From contig NGFL01000063.1 of assembly GCA_002215665.1 (NCBI GenBank), forward strand, positions 8,049-72,048: a stretch of DNA of 64,000 bases. The letters run 5' to 3'. Shown one piece after another: positions 19,734 to 29,635 of this stretch; the first letter of the stretch is position 1, and each line of letters starts with the position of its first letter. The position numbers and the translations under genes are program-made. This stretch comes from a candidate division TA06 bacterium JGI_Cruoil_03_38_101. Its GTDB lineage: Bacteria > Hydrothermota > UBA3072. The notes under the pieces are model-generated. The model did no database searches. It had not been told where the DNA came from and saw nothing but the letters and a program-made list of their open reading frames with translations.

Positions 19734-20276
19734 ATGGCATATATGCATGGTACTACCATACTTGGTGTGAGGCGGGATGGGGTTGTAGTTATGGGTAGTG
19801 ATGGGCAAGTTTCCCTCCAAGATACTATAATGAAGGAGAATGCAAAGAAGGTTCAATCCCTTCATAATGGTGAAATCCTTGTCGGTTTTGCAGGAGCTGT
19901 GGCAGATGCTCTTACACTATTTTCTATGTTTGAGGAGAAAATAGACAAGTATCCAAAGAATCTCCCCAAAGCTATTATAGAGTTTGCAAAGTCATGGAGA
20001 AAGGATAAATATTTAAGGAAGTTAGAAGCCCTCCTTGGGGTTATGGATAAAGAGGATTCCTTTATCCTCTCAGGAAGCGGAGAGGTTATAAGACCTGATG
20101 ATGGAATTGTGGCTATTGGATCAGGAGGTGGATATGCTCTATCTGCAGCAAGGGGGCTTCTTGAATACTCATCTCTTGATGCTCGAACAATAGTTGAGGT
20201 GGCGATAAAACTTGCCTCAAGAGTTTGTGTTTATACTAACGATAACATATCTATAGAGGTGATAGAGGATGAATAG
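19734..20276 (+). CDS. hslV: ATP-dependent protease subunit HslV (CodW-like N-terminus)
   Basis: 180 aa; MAYMHGTTILGVRRDG resembles B. subtilis CodW MSSFHATTIFAV; GDGQVS, GSGG motifs. Confidence 0.9.
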   Translation: MAYMHGTTILGVRRDGVVVMGSDGQVSLQDTIMKENAKKVQSLHNGEILVGFAGAVADALTLFSMFEEKIDKYPKNLPKAIIEFAKSWRKDKYLRKLEALLGVMDKEDSFILSGSGEVIRPDDGIVAIGSGGGYALSAARGLLEYSSLDARTIVEVAIKLASRVCVYTNDNISIEVIEDE

Positions 20277-21585
20277 AAATAAGCAATTAAAGCCCAGAGA
20301 ACTGGTTCAGAAATTAGACCGCTATATAATTGGGCAAGATGAAGCGAAGAAGGCTGTTGCAATAGCCATAAGAAACAGATGGCGTCGCCAGCGGGTTGGT
20401 GGTTATATGGAGGAAGAAATATATCCTAACAATATCATTATGATAGGTCCAACAGGGGTTGGGAAAACCGAGGTTGCAAGACGCCTTTCAATGATTGTTG
20501 ATGCACCATTTGTTAAGATGGAGGCCACCAAATTTACAGAGGTTGGATATGTTGGCCGGGATGTGGAATCAATGGTGCGGAGTCTTATGGATGTTGCCGT
20601 TAAGATGGTGCAGTCAGAGAAGAGAGAAGAGGTGCGCGAAAAGGCTTTAGAACTGGCAGAAGAAAGAATACTGGACTGTCTTCTCCCATCATCAGAGGAG
20701 GATATAAGTGCAACTCGGGAAAAATTGAGGAAGAGGTTGAGGGAAGGTTCATTTGAAGATAGAAAGATAGAGATTGATTTACAAAGAAGGGGTCGCCCCT
20801 TTATTGAAGTCCTTGGAGCTATGGGTCCTGAAGAATTGAATATAGGTTTGCAGGATGCCCTCTCGAATTTAATGCCAACATCCACGAAAAAGAAGTTTAT
20901 CACAATAAAGGAAGCTAAAGAGATGTTCGTAAAGGAAGAAGCCGATAAATTGATCGATCGTGATGAGTTGATCGAAGAAGCCAGATGGAAAACTGAGAAT
21001 TCTGGAATAATTTTTCTTGATGAGATAGATAAGTTGATAAGTGTTGGGCCGAGCTCGGGCCCTGATGTTTCAAGACAGGGTGTGCAGCGAGATCTCCTGC
21101 CCCTTATAGAGGGAACAACTGTAAATACAAAGTATGGACCGGTGAATACCGATCACATACTCTTTATCTCTGCAGGAGCATTTTCCTCTACCTCTCCTTC
21201 TGACCTTATACCAGAAATGCAGGGGAGATTTCCCATAAGGGTTGAATTCAAGGATTTGACCAGGGAAGATTTTCGTCGGATACTCGTAGAACCGGATAAT
21301 TCTCTTGCTAAGCAGTATCAGGCTCTTTTTCACTCTGAAGGTTTTCAACTTGAGTTTACCCCTGAGGCTTTAACTCTAATAGCGGATTACTCAAAGAGGG
21401 TAAATGAAATGAGCGAGAATATAGGAGCCAGGAGACTCCAGACTGTAATGAATGCCTTATTAGAGGATTATCTTTTTGAAATGCCCGATTTCCCTGAAAA
21501 TAAGATTACAATAGACAAGAATTATGTCCAGGAAAAACTCGAAAAGATAGTTCGAGACGAAGAATTAAGCAGATATATTTTGTAG
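20269..21585 (+). CDS. hslU: ATP-dependent protease ATPase subunit HslU
   Basis: 438 aa; IIGQDEAKKAVAIAIRNRWRR, Walker A GPTGVGKTEVARRL, I-domain, C-terminal sensor. Confidence 0.95.
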   Translation: MNRNKQLKPRELVQKLDRYIIGQDEAKKAVAIAIRNRWRRQRVGGYMEEEIYPNNIIMIGPTGVGKTEVARRLSMIVDAPFVKMEATKFTEVGYVGRDVESMVRSLMDVAVKMVQSEKREEVREKALELAEERILDCLLPSSEEDISATREKLRKRLREGSFEDRKIEIDLQRRGRPFIEVLGAMGPEELNIGLQDALSNLMPTSTKKKFITIKEAKEMFVKEEADKLIDRDELIEEARWKTENSGIIFLDEIDKLISVGPSSGPDVSRQGVQRDLLPLIEGTTVNTKYGPVNTDHILFISAGAFSSTSPSDLIPEMQGRFPIRVEFKDLTREDFRRILVEPDNSLAKQYQALFHSEGFQLEFTPEALTLIADYSKRVNEMSENIGARRLQTVMNALLEDYLFEMPDFPENKITIDKNYVQEKLEKIVRDEELSRYIL

Positions 21586-22011
21586 ATGCTCTGGGAATCT
21601 CTTAGGCATTTCGAAAAGAGAAAGGTCAAGGATAGCAATGAGGCTTTGCGGAAACTCCTTAGTTGGGGAGGATTTTTAGACGAATTTGAAGAATTTAAGA
21701 AAAGGGAAGAGTTGTATTCTTTCGGGATAGGTAAAGGGGTTGTTCTATATAAGAAGCAGGCCGAGAGAGAAAATGCAGAATTATCCATTCTGGTGGCAAA
21801 ACCATGTATAGAATACGATTCCTTTGATGGTGTTCTTATAAGTATTTTTTGCTTCCTCTCCTCTCCTGGGGATAAATTTTCTTATTTTCAATCTCTTTCC
21901 CGATTTTATAGACTAATGAATTCTGCCACTTTCAGAGAGCGCCTTGTTAGATCTGAGTCAGAAGAAGAAGTTAGAAAATTGATAAAGAAGGAAGAGAAGG
22001 ATTTAGAGTGA
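21586..22011 (+). CDS. PTS EIIA(Ntr)/PtsN-like domain protein lacking the phosphorylatable His
   Basis: 141 aa; GIGKGVVLYK aligns to the PtsN GIGNGIAIPH loop with His replaced; ATG abuts the hslU stop. Confidence 0.45.
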   Translation: MLWESLRHFEKRKVKDSNEALRKLLSWGGFLDEFEEFKKREELYSFGIGKGVVLYKKQAERENAELSILVAKPCIEYDSFDGVLISIFCFLSSPGDKFSYFQSLSRFYRLMNSATFRERLVRSESEEEVRKLIKKEEKDLE

Positions 22012-22322
22012 TGAGGCGATTTGCATTCATTATCTGGCTTATTATATTGTTTATCACCACATCCATTCCAATTGATTCACTTTCACGCATAAGTTTATTT
22101 GGTTTTGATAAACTCTCCCATCTATTCCTTTATTCGGTCTTGACTCTCTTTTTTTTCTTTGATTACGGTAAGAAGAACTGGAAGTTCTTCCCATTGATTG
22201 TGTTGCTTTCAGTAGTTGACGAGATTCATCAATATTATATCCCGGGTAGAACAATGAGTTTTTATGATCTTTTGTTTGACCTACTGGGTGGAAGTTTTAC
22301 TTTCTGGGTCTTGAAATCCTAA
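22008..22322 (+). CDS. VanZ-like family membrane protein
   Basis: 104 aa; DKLSHLFLY...DEIHQYYIPGRTMSFYDLLFDLLG matches the VanZ signature. Confidence 0.6.
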   Translation: MMRRFAFIIWLIILFITTSIPIDSLSRISLFGFDKLSHLFLYSVLTLFFFFDYGKKNWKFFPLIVLLSVVDEIHQYYIPGRTMSFYDLLFDLLGGSFTFWVLKS

Positions 22323-22339
22323 GGAGATTTTAGATAGAA

Positions 22340-23593
22340 GTGGATTCTTATTTAAAATTCAGGAATGTTAGAGGTACAAAGGACCTTCTGCCAGAAGAGG
22401 CAGAGTTATGGAGGTGGGTTGAGGAAGTTATTAGAAAGAAAATGGAGGATTATAATTACCAGGAGTTAAGATTCCCTACCTTCGAACTAACAGAACTCTT
22501 CAAGAAATCCACAGGAGAGGATACAGATATTGTTCAGAAAGAGATGTTTACCTTTAAGGACAAGGGTGGTAGAAGCCTTACCTTAAAACCCGAAGGAACC
22601 CCCTCTGTTGTTAGAATGTATCTCCAATATGGTTTATACAACAGGGGAATTCTTCAGAAGTTTTACTATATAGAGAGGATGTTCCGTCAGGAAAAGCCAC
22701 AGAGGGGTAGATATCGTGAGTTCAGACAGTTTGGAGCAGAAGCTATTGGATCCCCATCTCCAGAGACCGACGCAGAACTTGTTCGATCTGCTCTGGATAT
22801 ATTCAATGAGTTAAATATTCATGGAATCAAACTCAACATTAATTCAATCGGATGTCCAAAGTGCAGAGAGAAATTTATAAGGGAATTTAAAAAATTTCTT
22901 TGCTCAAGACTTGATTCTCTCTGTAATGATTGCAAAAGAAGATATTCGACCAACCCAATGCGGATATTGGATTGTAAAATAGACAGAGAAAAACTCATCG
23001 ATGTACCTGTTCCACTGGATTATCTCTGTGATGATTGCAGAAAGCATTTCTCCGGATTCAAAGAACGCCTTGGTTATCTGGGGATCAATTATAGTATAGA
23101 TAAACATCTTGTTCGTGGGCTCGATTACTATACAAAAACGGTTTTTGAATTTACACATTCTAAATTGGGAACCAAGGATGAGGTGGGTGGTGGAGGCAGA
23201 TATGATGGTCTTATCGGGTTTCTGGGCGGAGATGAGACTCCTGCATCGGGTTATGCAGTTGGCTTAGATAGATTGTTACTCCTTTCACCCCAGAGAAAGG
23301 AATCCAGGGGGATTGATGTCTATGTCATAACTCTTGATAAGGCGTCGGATCTCACCGGATGGAAGTTAGTGAATGAACTGAGAGACTCTGGATTCTCTGC
23401 AGATAAGGATCCTCTTGGTAGAAGTATGAAAGCTCAATTTAGGGAAGCAGATAGACAGAATGCAAAATGGGCAATAGTAATTGGTGAGAAAGAGAGAGAG
23501 GGAGGCTCTGTTCAGTTGAAAAGAATGGAGACAGGAGAACAGAAAGAAGTTCCCCTGAATATCACCACGATAAAGGAGGAATTGAAGTGTTAA
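22340..23593 (+). CDS. hisS: Histidine--tRNA ligase
   Basis: 417 aa; class II motifs (GTKDLLPEE, TLKPEGT, RMFRQEKPQRGRYREF, GGGRYDGL); inserted Cys4 zinc module; GTG start. Confidence 0.93.
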   Translation: MDSYLKFRNVRGTKDLLPEEAELWRWVEEVIRKKMEDYNYQELRFPTFELTELFKKSTGEDTDIVQKEMFTFKDKGGRSLTLKPEGTPSVVRMYLQYGLYNRGILQKFYYIERMFRQEKPQRGRYREFRQFGAEAIGSPSPETDAELVRSALDIFNELNIHGIKLNINSIGCPKCREKFIREFKKFLCSRLDSLCNDCKRRYSTNPMRILDCKIDREKLIDVPVPLDYLCDDCRKHFSGFKERLGYLGINYSIDKHLVRGLDYYTKTVFEFTHSKLGTKDEVGGGGRYDGLIGFLGGDETPASGYAVGLDRLLLLSPQRKESRGIDVYVITLDKASDLTGWKLVNELRDSGFSADKDPLGRSMKAQFREADRQNAKWAIVIGEKEREGGSVQLKRMETGEQKEVPLNITTIKEELKC

Positions 23594-25305
23594 GGGATGT
23601 AAATTGCGGAGAATTGAGAGTAAAGGATAGTGGGAAAGTCGTAAAGATTGCAGGCTGGGTCAAAAGGATTCGGGATCACGGGGAAATAATATTCATTGAC
23701 CTATGGGATCGTTATGGAATTACACAGATAGTCTTCCCCGAAGAGGTTCTTACCCGGAGAAAAAAAGCAAGGGAATTAGGGCTTGAATGGGTGATAATGG
23801 TTCTAGGAGAGGTGAAGAAAAGACCGAAAGATATGATAAATCCGAAAATCCCCACAGGGGAGATAGAAGTCCAGGCAAGAGAACTTTCAGTCCTTAATTC
23901 TTCCAAAGTTCCTCCATTTGTTGTGAAAGAAGACCTTCAGGCAGAAAAGGAACTCAAATTAAAATACAGATATCTGGAACTGAGAAGGGATAAGGCTTTA
24001 AGGAATTTTATTCTTCGCCATAAATTAATGCAAAGTGCAAGAAAATTCTTAAACGAAAAGGGGTTCCTTGAGGTAGAAACCCCAATCCTTGCGACACCAA
24101 CACCTGAGGGTGCCCGTGATTTCCTTGTTCCTTCAAGGATGCATCCAGGCCGTTTTTATTCACTTGCCCAGTCACCGCAGTTGTATAAGCAGATACTTAT
24201 GGTTTCAGGATTTGATAGATACTATCAGTTTGCCCGTTGCTTCAGAGATGAGGATATGAGAGGAGACAGGCAGTTAGAACACACCCAGATAGATATAGAA
24301 ATGGCTTATCCTGAACGGGAGGATATCTATGAACTTGGGGAGGGTTTACTAACTTCTCTCCTTGAGGAAGAAGTTGGGGTAAAGCCTTCCATCCCATTTC
24401 CGAAGATGAGATGGGAAGAAGTGATGGATAAATACGGAACGGATAAACCAGATCTCAGGAACCCCCTGATTATCCAGGACTATACCAGGGAGGCAAAGAA
24501 TGGAAACTTTAGTATTTTCAATTCATCTAAAAGTATAAAGGGCATAAAGGTTGAGAGTTTATTTACGCGAAGAGATATCGGAGAATTAGAAAGGATTGTA
24601 AAGAAGGCAGGAGCAAAGGGTCTTCTGTATCTAATGAACGATGGAGGAGAATATCGCAGTCCTTTTGCTAAATATTTTGATGATCTAAAAGGTTTTAAGA
24701 TTCAGAAGGGAGAAACTTTATTCCTCGTTGCCGGCAGTAGAAAAATTATCTTACCATCGCTTGGGGCTTTAAGGATTGAACTTGGAAAGAAGTTAGGCCT
24801 TCTTGAGAAAGCCTGGAGTTTCCTCTGGGTGACGGATTTTCCAATATTTGAATGGAAAGAAGATGAAAACAGGTGGGTTCCAACCCATCACATCTTTACA
24901 CAGCCTATTGGAGATATTGAAAGTATTGAAGATGATCCTGGTTTGGTTCTTGGCAAACAATATGATCTGGTGCTAAACGGTGTTGAATTGGGATCAGGGA
25001 GCATAAGAAACCACAACCCAGAGGTGCAGCTCCGATTATTAAAAGTCCTTGGTATGAATGATGAAGAGATTCAGGAGAAATTCGGGTTCCTTCTTAATGC
25101 TCTTTCCCATGGGGCTCCCCCTCATGGAGGGATTGCTCTCGGTTTTGATAGGATATGTATGCTTCTTGCCGGTCTTGATTCAATAACCGAAGTTATAACC
25201 TTCCCCAAAACTTTGAGTGGTGTTGGTCTTATGGAAGGCTCTCCGAGCGAAGTTCCAGGAGAGGATTTAAAAGAACTCAAACTGGAAGTTAAGAATAATG
25301 AGTAG
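23587..25305 (+). CDS. aspS: Aspartate--tRNA ligase
   Basis: 572 aa; OB anticodon-binding N-terminus, class IIb motifs (FRDEDMRGDRQLEHTQID, GIALGFDRICMLL), GAD insertion. Confidence 0.95.
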   Translation: MLRDVNCGELRVKDSGKVVKIAGWVKRIRDHGEIIFIDLWDRYGITQIVFPEEVLTRRKKARELGLEWVIMVLGEVKKRPKDMINPKIPTGEIEVQARELSVLNSSKVPPFVVKEDLQAEKELKLKYRYLELRRDKALRNFILRHKLMQSARKFLNEKGFLEVETPILATPTPEGARDFLVPSRMHPGRFYSLAQSPQLYKQILMVSGFDRYYQFARCFRDEDMRGDRQLEHTQIDIEMAYPEREDIYELGEGLLTSLLEEEVGVKPSIPFPKMRWEEVMDKYGTDKPDLRNPLIIQDYTREAKNGNFSIFNSSKSIKGIKVESLFTRRDIGELERIVKKAGAKGLLYLMNDGGEYRSPFAKYFDDLKGFKIQKGETLFLVAGSRKIILPSLGALRIELGKKLGLLEKAWSFLWVTDFPIFEWKEDENRWVPTHHIFTQPIGDIESIEDDPGLVLGKQYDLVLNGVELGSGSIRNHNPEVQLRLLKVLGMNDEEIQEKFGFLLNALSHGAPPHGGIALGFDRICMLLAGLDSITEVITFPKTLSGVGLMEGSPSEVPGEDLKELKLEVKNNE

Positions 25306-25783
25306 TATAAGAATTTACCCTGATGCAGTTCTACAGGAGAGAGCAAAAGAGGTGAAGGATTTTAACAATATGGGTGAATTGACAGAAAGAATGCTTAAAA
25401 TCATAGCAGATAGCGAAGGTATAGGGCTTGCAGCCAATCAGATCGGGATAGCCAGTCAGGTGATTGTTGGTAGAGTAGAGAAAGAGCCTATAATATTGAT
25501 AAATCCTATAATTAAAGAGGCAAAAGGAGAGGATTTGCTGGAAGAGGGCTGTCTTTCTATCCCAGATACCTCTGTAGAGATTGCACGTGCAGAATCCCTT
25601 GTGGTGCAGGGTTTTGATCCTGATGGAGAAGAAATCGAATATGAATTAAAAGGTTTAGAAGCGAGGGTTATTCAACACGAGATAGACCACCTTAATGGGA
25701 TATTAATTGTTGATTATCTTTCCAAGAAGGAGATGCTAAGATTTCAGCTGGAATATGGTAAAAAAAGAAAGGAGAATCAATGA
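25298..25783 (+). CDS. def: Peptide deformylase
   Basis: 161 aa; GIGLAANQIG, EGCLSIPD, QHEIDHLNG motifs. Confidence 0.95.
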   Translation: MSSIRIYPDAVLQERAKEVKDFNNMGELTERMLKIIADSEGIGLAANQIGIASQVIVGRVEKEPIILINPIIKEAKGEDLLEEGCLSIPDTSVEIARAESLVVQGFDPDGEEIEYELKGLEARVIQHEIDHLNGILIVDYLSKKEMLRFQLEYGKKRKENQ

Positions 25784-26700
25784 AAAGGGACCTTGTTTCT
25801 ATAAGAGACCTTAATAAAAATGAATTTATGGAAATAATAAAAGATGGGATTAGATTAAAGGAGGAAAGAAAAAAAGGGATAAGGGAAACTCTTCTGAGAG
25901 GTAAAGTTCTCGCAATGATCTTTGAGAAGCCTTCCTTAAGGACCAGAGTAACTTTCCAAACAGGGATTTATGAACTTGGAGGAATAGGAATTTATCTAGC
26001 TCCTTTGGATATACAGATTGGTAAGAGAGAATCAATTGAGGATGTTGCAAGGAATCTTTCCAGATGGGTGGGGGGGATTATGGCAAGGACCTATTTACAT
26101 TCCACAGTGGTGAGTCTTGCGGAGAATGCTTCGGTTCCTGTAATAAATGGTCTTTCTGATCTTGAACATCCCTGTCAAATCCTTGCAGATTTTCAGACCA
26201 TTTATGAGAAGAAAGATTATATAGAAGGAATAAAATTGGCGTTTATTGGGGATGGTAATAATGTTTGTCATTCGTTAATGCTTGCTTCTGGTCTTCTGGG
26301 TGTTAATATGAGAGTGGCTCATCCAGAGGGATATGGCCCTAAGGAGGAAATTATTAGGAGTACAGAGAAATTAGCTTCTTCCTCAGGAGGTTCCATTACC
26401 CTTACCTTTGACCCGAAAGAGGCTGTTGATGGCGTTGATGTCATCTACACTGATGTACGGGCTTCTATGGGGCAGAAAGATGAAGCAGAAAAGAGGAGAA
26501 AGGTATTTGCACCTTATCAAGTAAATGAAGAACTAACAAATTATGCAGAATCAGATTATATCTTTATGCATTGTCTTCCTGCTTGTAGAGGAGAAGAAGT
26601 AACAACCAACGTAATTGATGGTTCACATTCAGTTATTTACGATGAAGCAGAAAATCGTCTCCACTCGCAAAAAGCCTTGATGCTAAAATTAATGAAGTAA
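25780..26700 (+). CDS. argF: Ornithine carbamoyltransferase
   Basis: 306 aa; STRTRVTF, HPCQ, DVRASMGQ (DxxxSMG), HCLPA motifs diagnostic of OTCase rather than ATCase. Confidence 0.85.
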   Translation: MKRDLVSIRDLNKNEFMEIIKDGIRLKEERKKGIRETLLRGKVLAMIFEKPSLRTRVTFQTGIYELGGIGIYLAPLDIQIGKRESIEDVARNLSRWVGGIMARTYLHSTVVSLAENASVPVINGLSDLEHPCQILADFQTIYEKKDYIEGIKLAFIGDGNNVCHSLMLASGLLGVNMRVAHPEGYGPKEEIIRSTEKLASSSGGSITLTFDPKEAVDGVDVIYTDVRASMGQKDEAEKRRKVFAPYQVNEELTNYAESDYIFMHCLPACRGEEVTTNVIDGSHSVIYDEAENRLHSQKALMLKLMK

Positions 26701-26789
26701 GCCTACTAACAGCAAAATAAACTTATATCAATAAAAGTAGCTTTAAAATTTTATTTGAGTTTTTTAGTTTCTACTCGCTTCTTCACACG

Positions 26790-27053
26790 TTATTTTAGAA
26801 CCTTTTCAGCAGATTTAATAAGCCAAATAAGAGCGATAGAACCCAGGATCGCAGGAATAAAGTATACACGCCCATAATGCCATAGCCAATGTCCAAAAAC
26901 CGGAGAACCCAGCCAAGCGCCAATCCAACCAATTATCAATTGGCTCCAATAACCACCAGCAAGTCTTTTGCGAAAAACATAATACATGAGAATTGATACT
27001 ACTAAAGCAATAACAGTTAGCCAAAACCAGGTTAAAAATCCCATTCCACTCAT
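26790..27053 (-). CDS. GlsB/YeaQ/YmgE family transglycosylase-associated membrane protein
   Basis: 87 aa, three TM segments, Gly/Trp-rich (IIGWIGAWLGSPVFGHWLW). Confidence 0.65.
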   Translation of the reverse strand: MSGMGFLTWFWLTVIALVVSILMYYVFRKRLAGGYWSQLIIGWIGAWLGSPVFGHWLWHYGRVYFIPAILGSIALIWLIKSAEKVLK

Positions 27054-27225
27054 AATACCTCCTTTGTTTTAATTTTATATTATTATACATTATTTTTTAA
27101 AATTGTCAAGATGAAGGGTGGTCCTTTCGTTGTTGCGTTTTTTTACGAGAGCTTCTCCAGAGATTTTATAGTGTTAAAAGTCTATGAATCCTTGACAAAC
27201 AATTTCTCTCATATAGATTAGTGTC

Positions 27226-29052
27226 ATGAAAAGGAAAAAATTTCTTGATCTTTTAAAGCAGAAAAAAGTTTTCGTATTTGATGGTGCCATGGGGACTATG
27301 ATTTATAACAAAGGAGTTCCAAAGGGCCATTGTTATGATGAACTCAACCTCTCAAATCCTGATTTAATAAAGGGCATTCTACTTGATTATTTAGAAGCAG
27401 GAGCAGATATTATAACAACCAATACATTTGGAGCCAATAGATATATCCTGAATAGATACTATGACCTTGGAGACAGTACAAAGGATATAAATGTTAGAGG
27501 AGCAGAGATTGCAAAAGAGATTGCCCGGGATAAATTTGTTGCAGGTTCTGTTGGTCCAGTCTCAAGGCCTGCTGAGATTTATACTGAACTTTCGGACTCT
27601 GAGGTGGAGGAAATATTAAAGGAACAGGTAGAATCACTGATTGAAGGGGGTGTAGATTTAATAATCTTTGAAACTTTCTCTTCCCTGGGAGAGTTGAAAG
27701 CGGGTATAAAAGTTGCAAGGTTTATAGATTCTGATATACCAATCATAGCGGAAATGACTTTTCCAACGCAGGAGAGAACAATCACAGGTGTTACCCCTCA
27801 TCAGGCAGGTTTTGAACTTGATAAGACAGAAGCAGATGTTATAGGTGTAAACTGTGGAACAGGCCCCAAAAATTCCTTAGCTGCCATAAAGAAAGTCGGA
27901 GAAGTCTCCAGTAAATTTCTTTCTGCAATGCCTAACGCAGGATTCGCAAGATTTAATGCGGGGAAATTTTCATATCCCTTTCAACCTGATTATTTTGCAA
28001 GATATGCGAAGAAATTTTTACATGCAGGTGTTTCCATAATCGGAGGATGTTGCGGCACGACCCCGGAACATATAAGGGCAATTAAGCAAGCGACACATTC
28101 TCTTAAACCTCTAAATAGGGCAAAGGTATTTGTTTCAATAAAGGAACAGACTTTTGGGGTTAAGAAGGTTGATGTAGAGACAACTTTTCGATCTCTTCTA
28201 AAGCATAAATTTACTGTAAGTGTTGAGATCGACCCTCCAAAAGGCCCTTTCATTGAAAATACCTTATCAAAGATAAAAAAAATTCGAGGATTTGGAGTTG
28301 ATGCCATTAATGTATCTGATAGCCCAATGGCAAGACTTAGAATGTCTCCCGGAGCATTTGCTTCATTAATTATGAGAGAACTCGATCTTGAAGTTATACT
28401 CCATCTGACTTGTAGAGATAGGAATCTACTAGGTCTTCAGTCAGACCTCCTGGGATACGCAGGTCTTGGTATTGAAAACATACTGGCTATTACTGGTGAT
28501 TCACCAAGCCTTGGCGATTACCCTTTTGCTACTGGTGTATACGATGTTACATCGAAAGGACTTGTCTCAATGATTAACAATCTTAATCAGGGTAGAGATT
28601 TCCTCGGAAATCCAATAGAGGGTAAGACAAACTTATGCATAGGAATAGGTTCTCCTTCAAATCCTGAGAATGGTGACAAAGAACTCCGAATAGTCGAAGA
28701 TAAGGTAAAGAAAGGAGCTCATTTTATTCAAACACAACCTATATTTGATGTGTTGTCTTTCCAGGATTTTTATAACAGGCTATCGGCCTTTAATCTTCCA
28801 ATTATTGTAGGTTTACTACCCCCTATAACAGCATCCAGTGCTGAATTTTTTGCGTATGAGGTCCCGGGTATGAAAATACCGCCAAATATTATTGATAGAT
28901 TGAAGAGAGCAAAAAACAGATATGAAGAGAACGAAATAGGTATTGCAATAAGCAGGGAGATATTAAAGGAAATAAAGGATATGGGTGCTTCAGGCGTTTG
29001 TTTAATGATTCCAGGGAGAAAATATGAGATCCTTGAAAGTATACTCAATTGA
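27226..29052 (+). CDS. Bifunctional homocysteine S-methyltransferase / 5,10-methylenetetrahydrofolate reductase (YitJ-like)
   Basis: 608 aa; N-terminal Hcy-binding domain (DGAMGTMIY, NCGTGP, GGCCGTTPEHI zinc ligands) fused to a C-terminal MTHFR TIM-barrel domain. Confidence 0.85.
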   Translation: MKRKKFLDLLKQKKVFVFDGAMGTMIYNKGVPKGHCYDELNLSNPDLIKGILLDYLEAGADIITTNTFGANRYILNRYYDLGDSTKDINVRGAEIAKEIARDKFVAGSVGPVSRPAEIYTELSDSEVEEILKEQVESLIEGGVDLIIFETFSSLGELKAGIKVARFIDSDIPIIAEMTFPTQERTITGVTPHQAGFELDKTEADVIGVNCGTGPKNSLAAIKKVGEVSSKFLSAMPNAGFARFNAGKFSYPFQPDYFARYAKKFLHAGVSIIGGCCGTTPEHIRAIKQATHSLKPLNRAKVFVSIKEQTFGVKKVDVETTFRSLLKHKFTVSVEIDPPKGPFIENTLSKIKKIRGFGVDAINVSDSPMARLRMSPGAFASLIMRELDLEVILHLTCRDRNLLGLQSDLLGYAGLGIENILAITGDSPSLGDYPFATGVYDVTSKGLVSMINNLNQGRDFLGNPIEGKTNLCIGIGSPSNPENGDKELRIVEDKVKKGAHFIQTQPIFDVLSFQDFYNRLSAFNLPIIVGLLPPITASSAEFFAYEVPGMKIPPNIIDRLKRAKNRYEENEIGIAISREILKEIKDMGASGVCLMIPGRKYEILESILN

Positions 29053-29635
29053 AGATTTCAAAATAGAGATAGACCCTGATTATGTTCTAAAAAGACTTGG
29101 AAAGCATAGGCATTCAGAGATAGGGAAATGGAAAGAGAAAGTCTTAAATAAAATAGAGGAAGCAATTCCGTTTATCGGCCCTATAATATCATATACGGAA
29201 ATGGGGGTTTCAAAAAGAACAGAAGAAGGGATTGAACTTGAAGGATTTTTAATAAAGAGTAAGAATTTAGCAAAGAGATTCTCAAGGGTTCAAAAAGTGA
29301 CTTTATTTCTCGCAACAATAGGGCAGGGTCTTACAACCTTGATTGAAAATGATGAAAGAGAAATTTCGGATTCAGTAATATTTGATGCTATTGGATCTGA
29401 GGCTGTGGAATCAACTGTTAGATGGTTTCATAAGAATCTTTTTTTGCGGGCAAAGAAGAAGGGATTTAAAATCACAGGTAGATATAGTCCGGGGTATGGA
29501 GATTTTTCTATAGAGTGTCAAAAATGGTTTGTAAAGAATTTAAGAGGAGATAAGATGGGGATCAGGATTACAGATAATTATATGTTAGTTCCTGAAAAGA
29601 GTATTACAGGAGTTATTGGATGGAGAACTTCTTAA
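29024..29635 (+). CDS. Methionine synthase reactivation (AdoMet-binding activation) domain protein, stand-alone
   Basis: 203 aa; similar to the MetH C-terminal activation domain; sits immediately upstream of a MetH that lacks this domain (Thermotoga-like split). Confidence 0.65.
   Translation: MRSLKVYSIEDFKIEIDPDYVLKRLGKHRHSEIGKWKEKVLNKIEEAIPFIGPIISYTEMGVSKRTEEGIELEGFLIKSKNLAKRFSRVQKVTLFLATIGQGLTTLIENDEREISDSVIFDAIGSEAVESTVRWFHKNLFLRAKKKGFKITGRYSPGYGDFSIECQKWFVKNLRGDKMGIRITDNYMLVPEKSITGVIGWRTS

Noticed and set aside
27054-27225. Possible S-box (SAM-I) riboswitch or terminator/attenuator in the leader of the yitJ-like gene; hairpin gaaggg-tggt-cctttc with a T-run ~8 nt later; 36-codon uORF starting ~27111
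   Set aside because: No SAM-I core motifs (AUCAAGAG...GCAACC...GGUGCUAA) are found. The hairpin is weak and the T-run is not adjacent to the stem. The uORF has no SD and no Met-rich content, so it is probably chance in AT-rich DNA.
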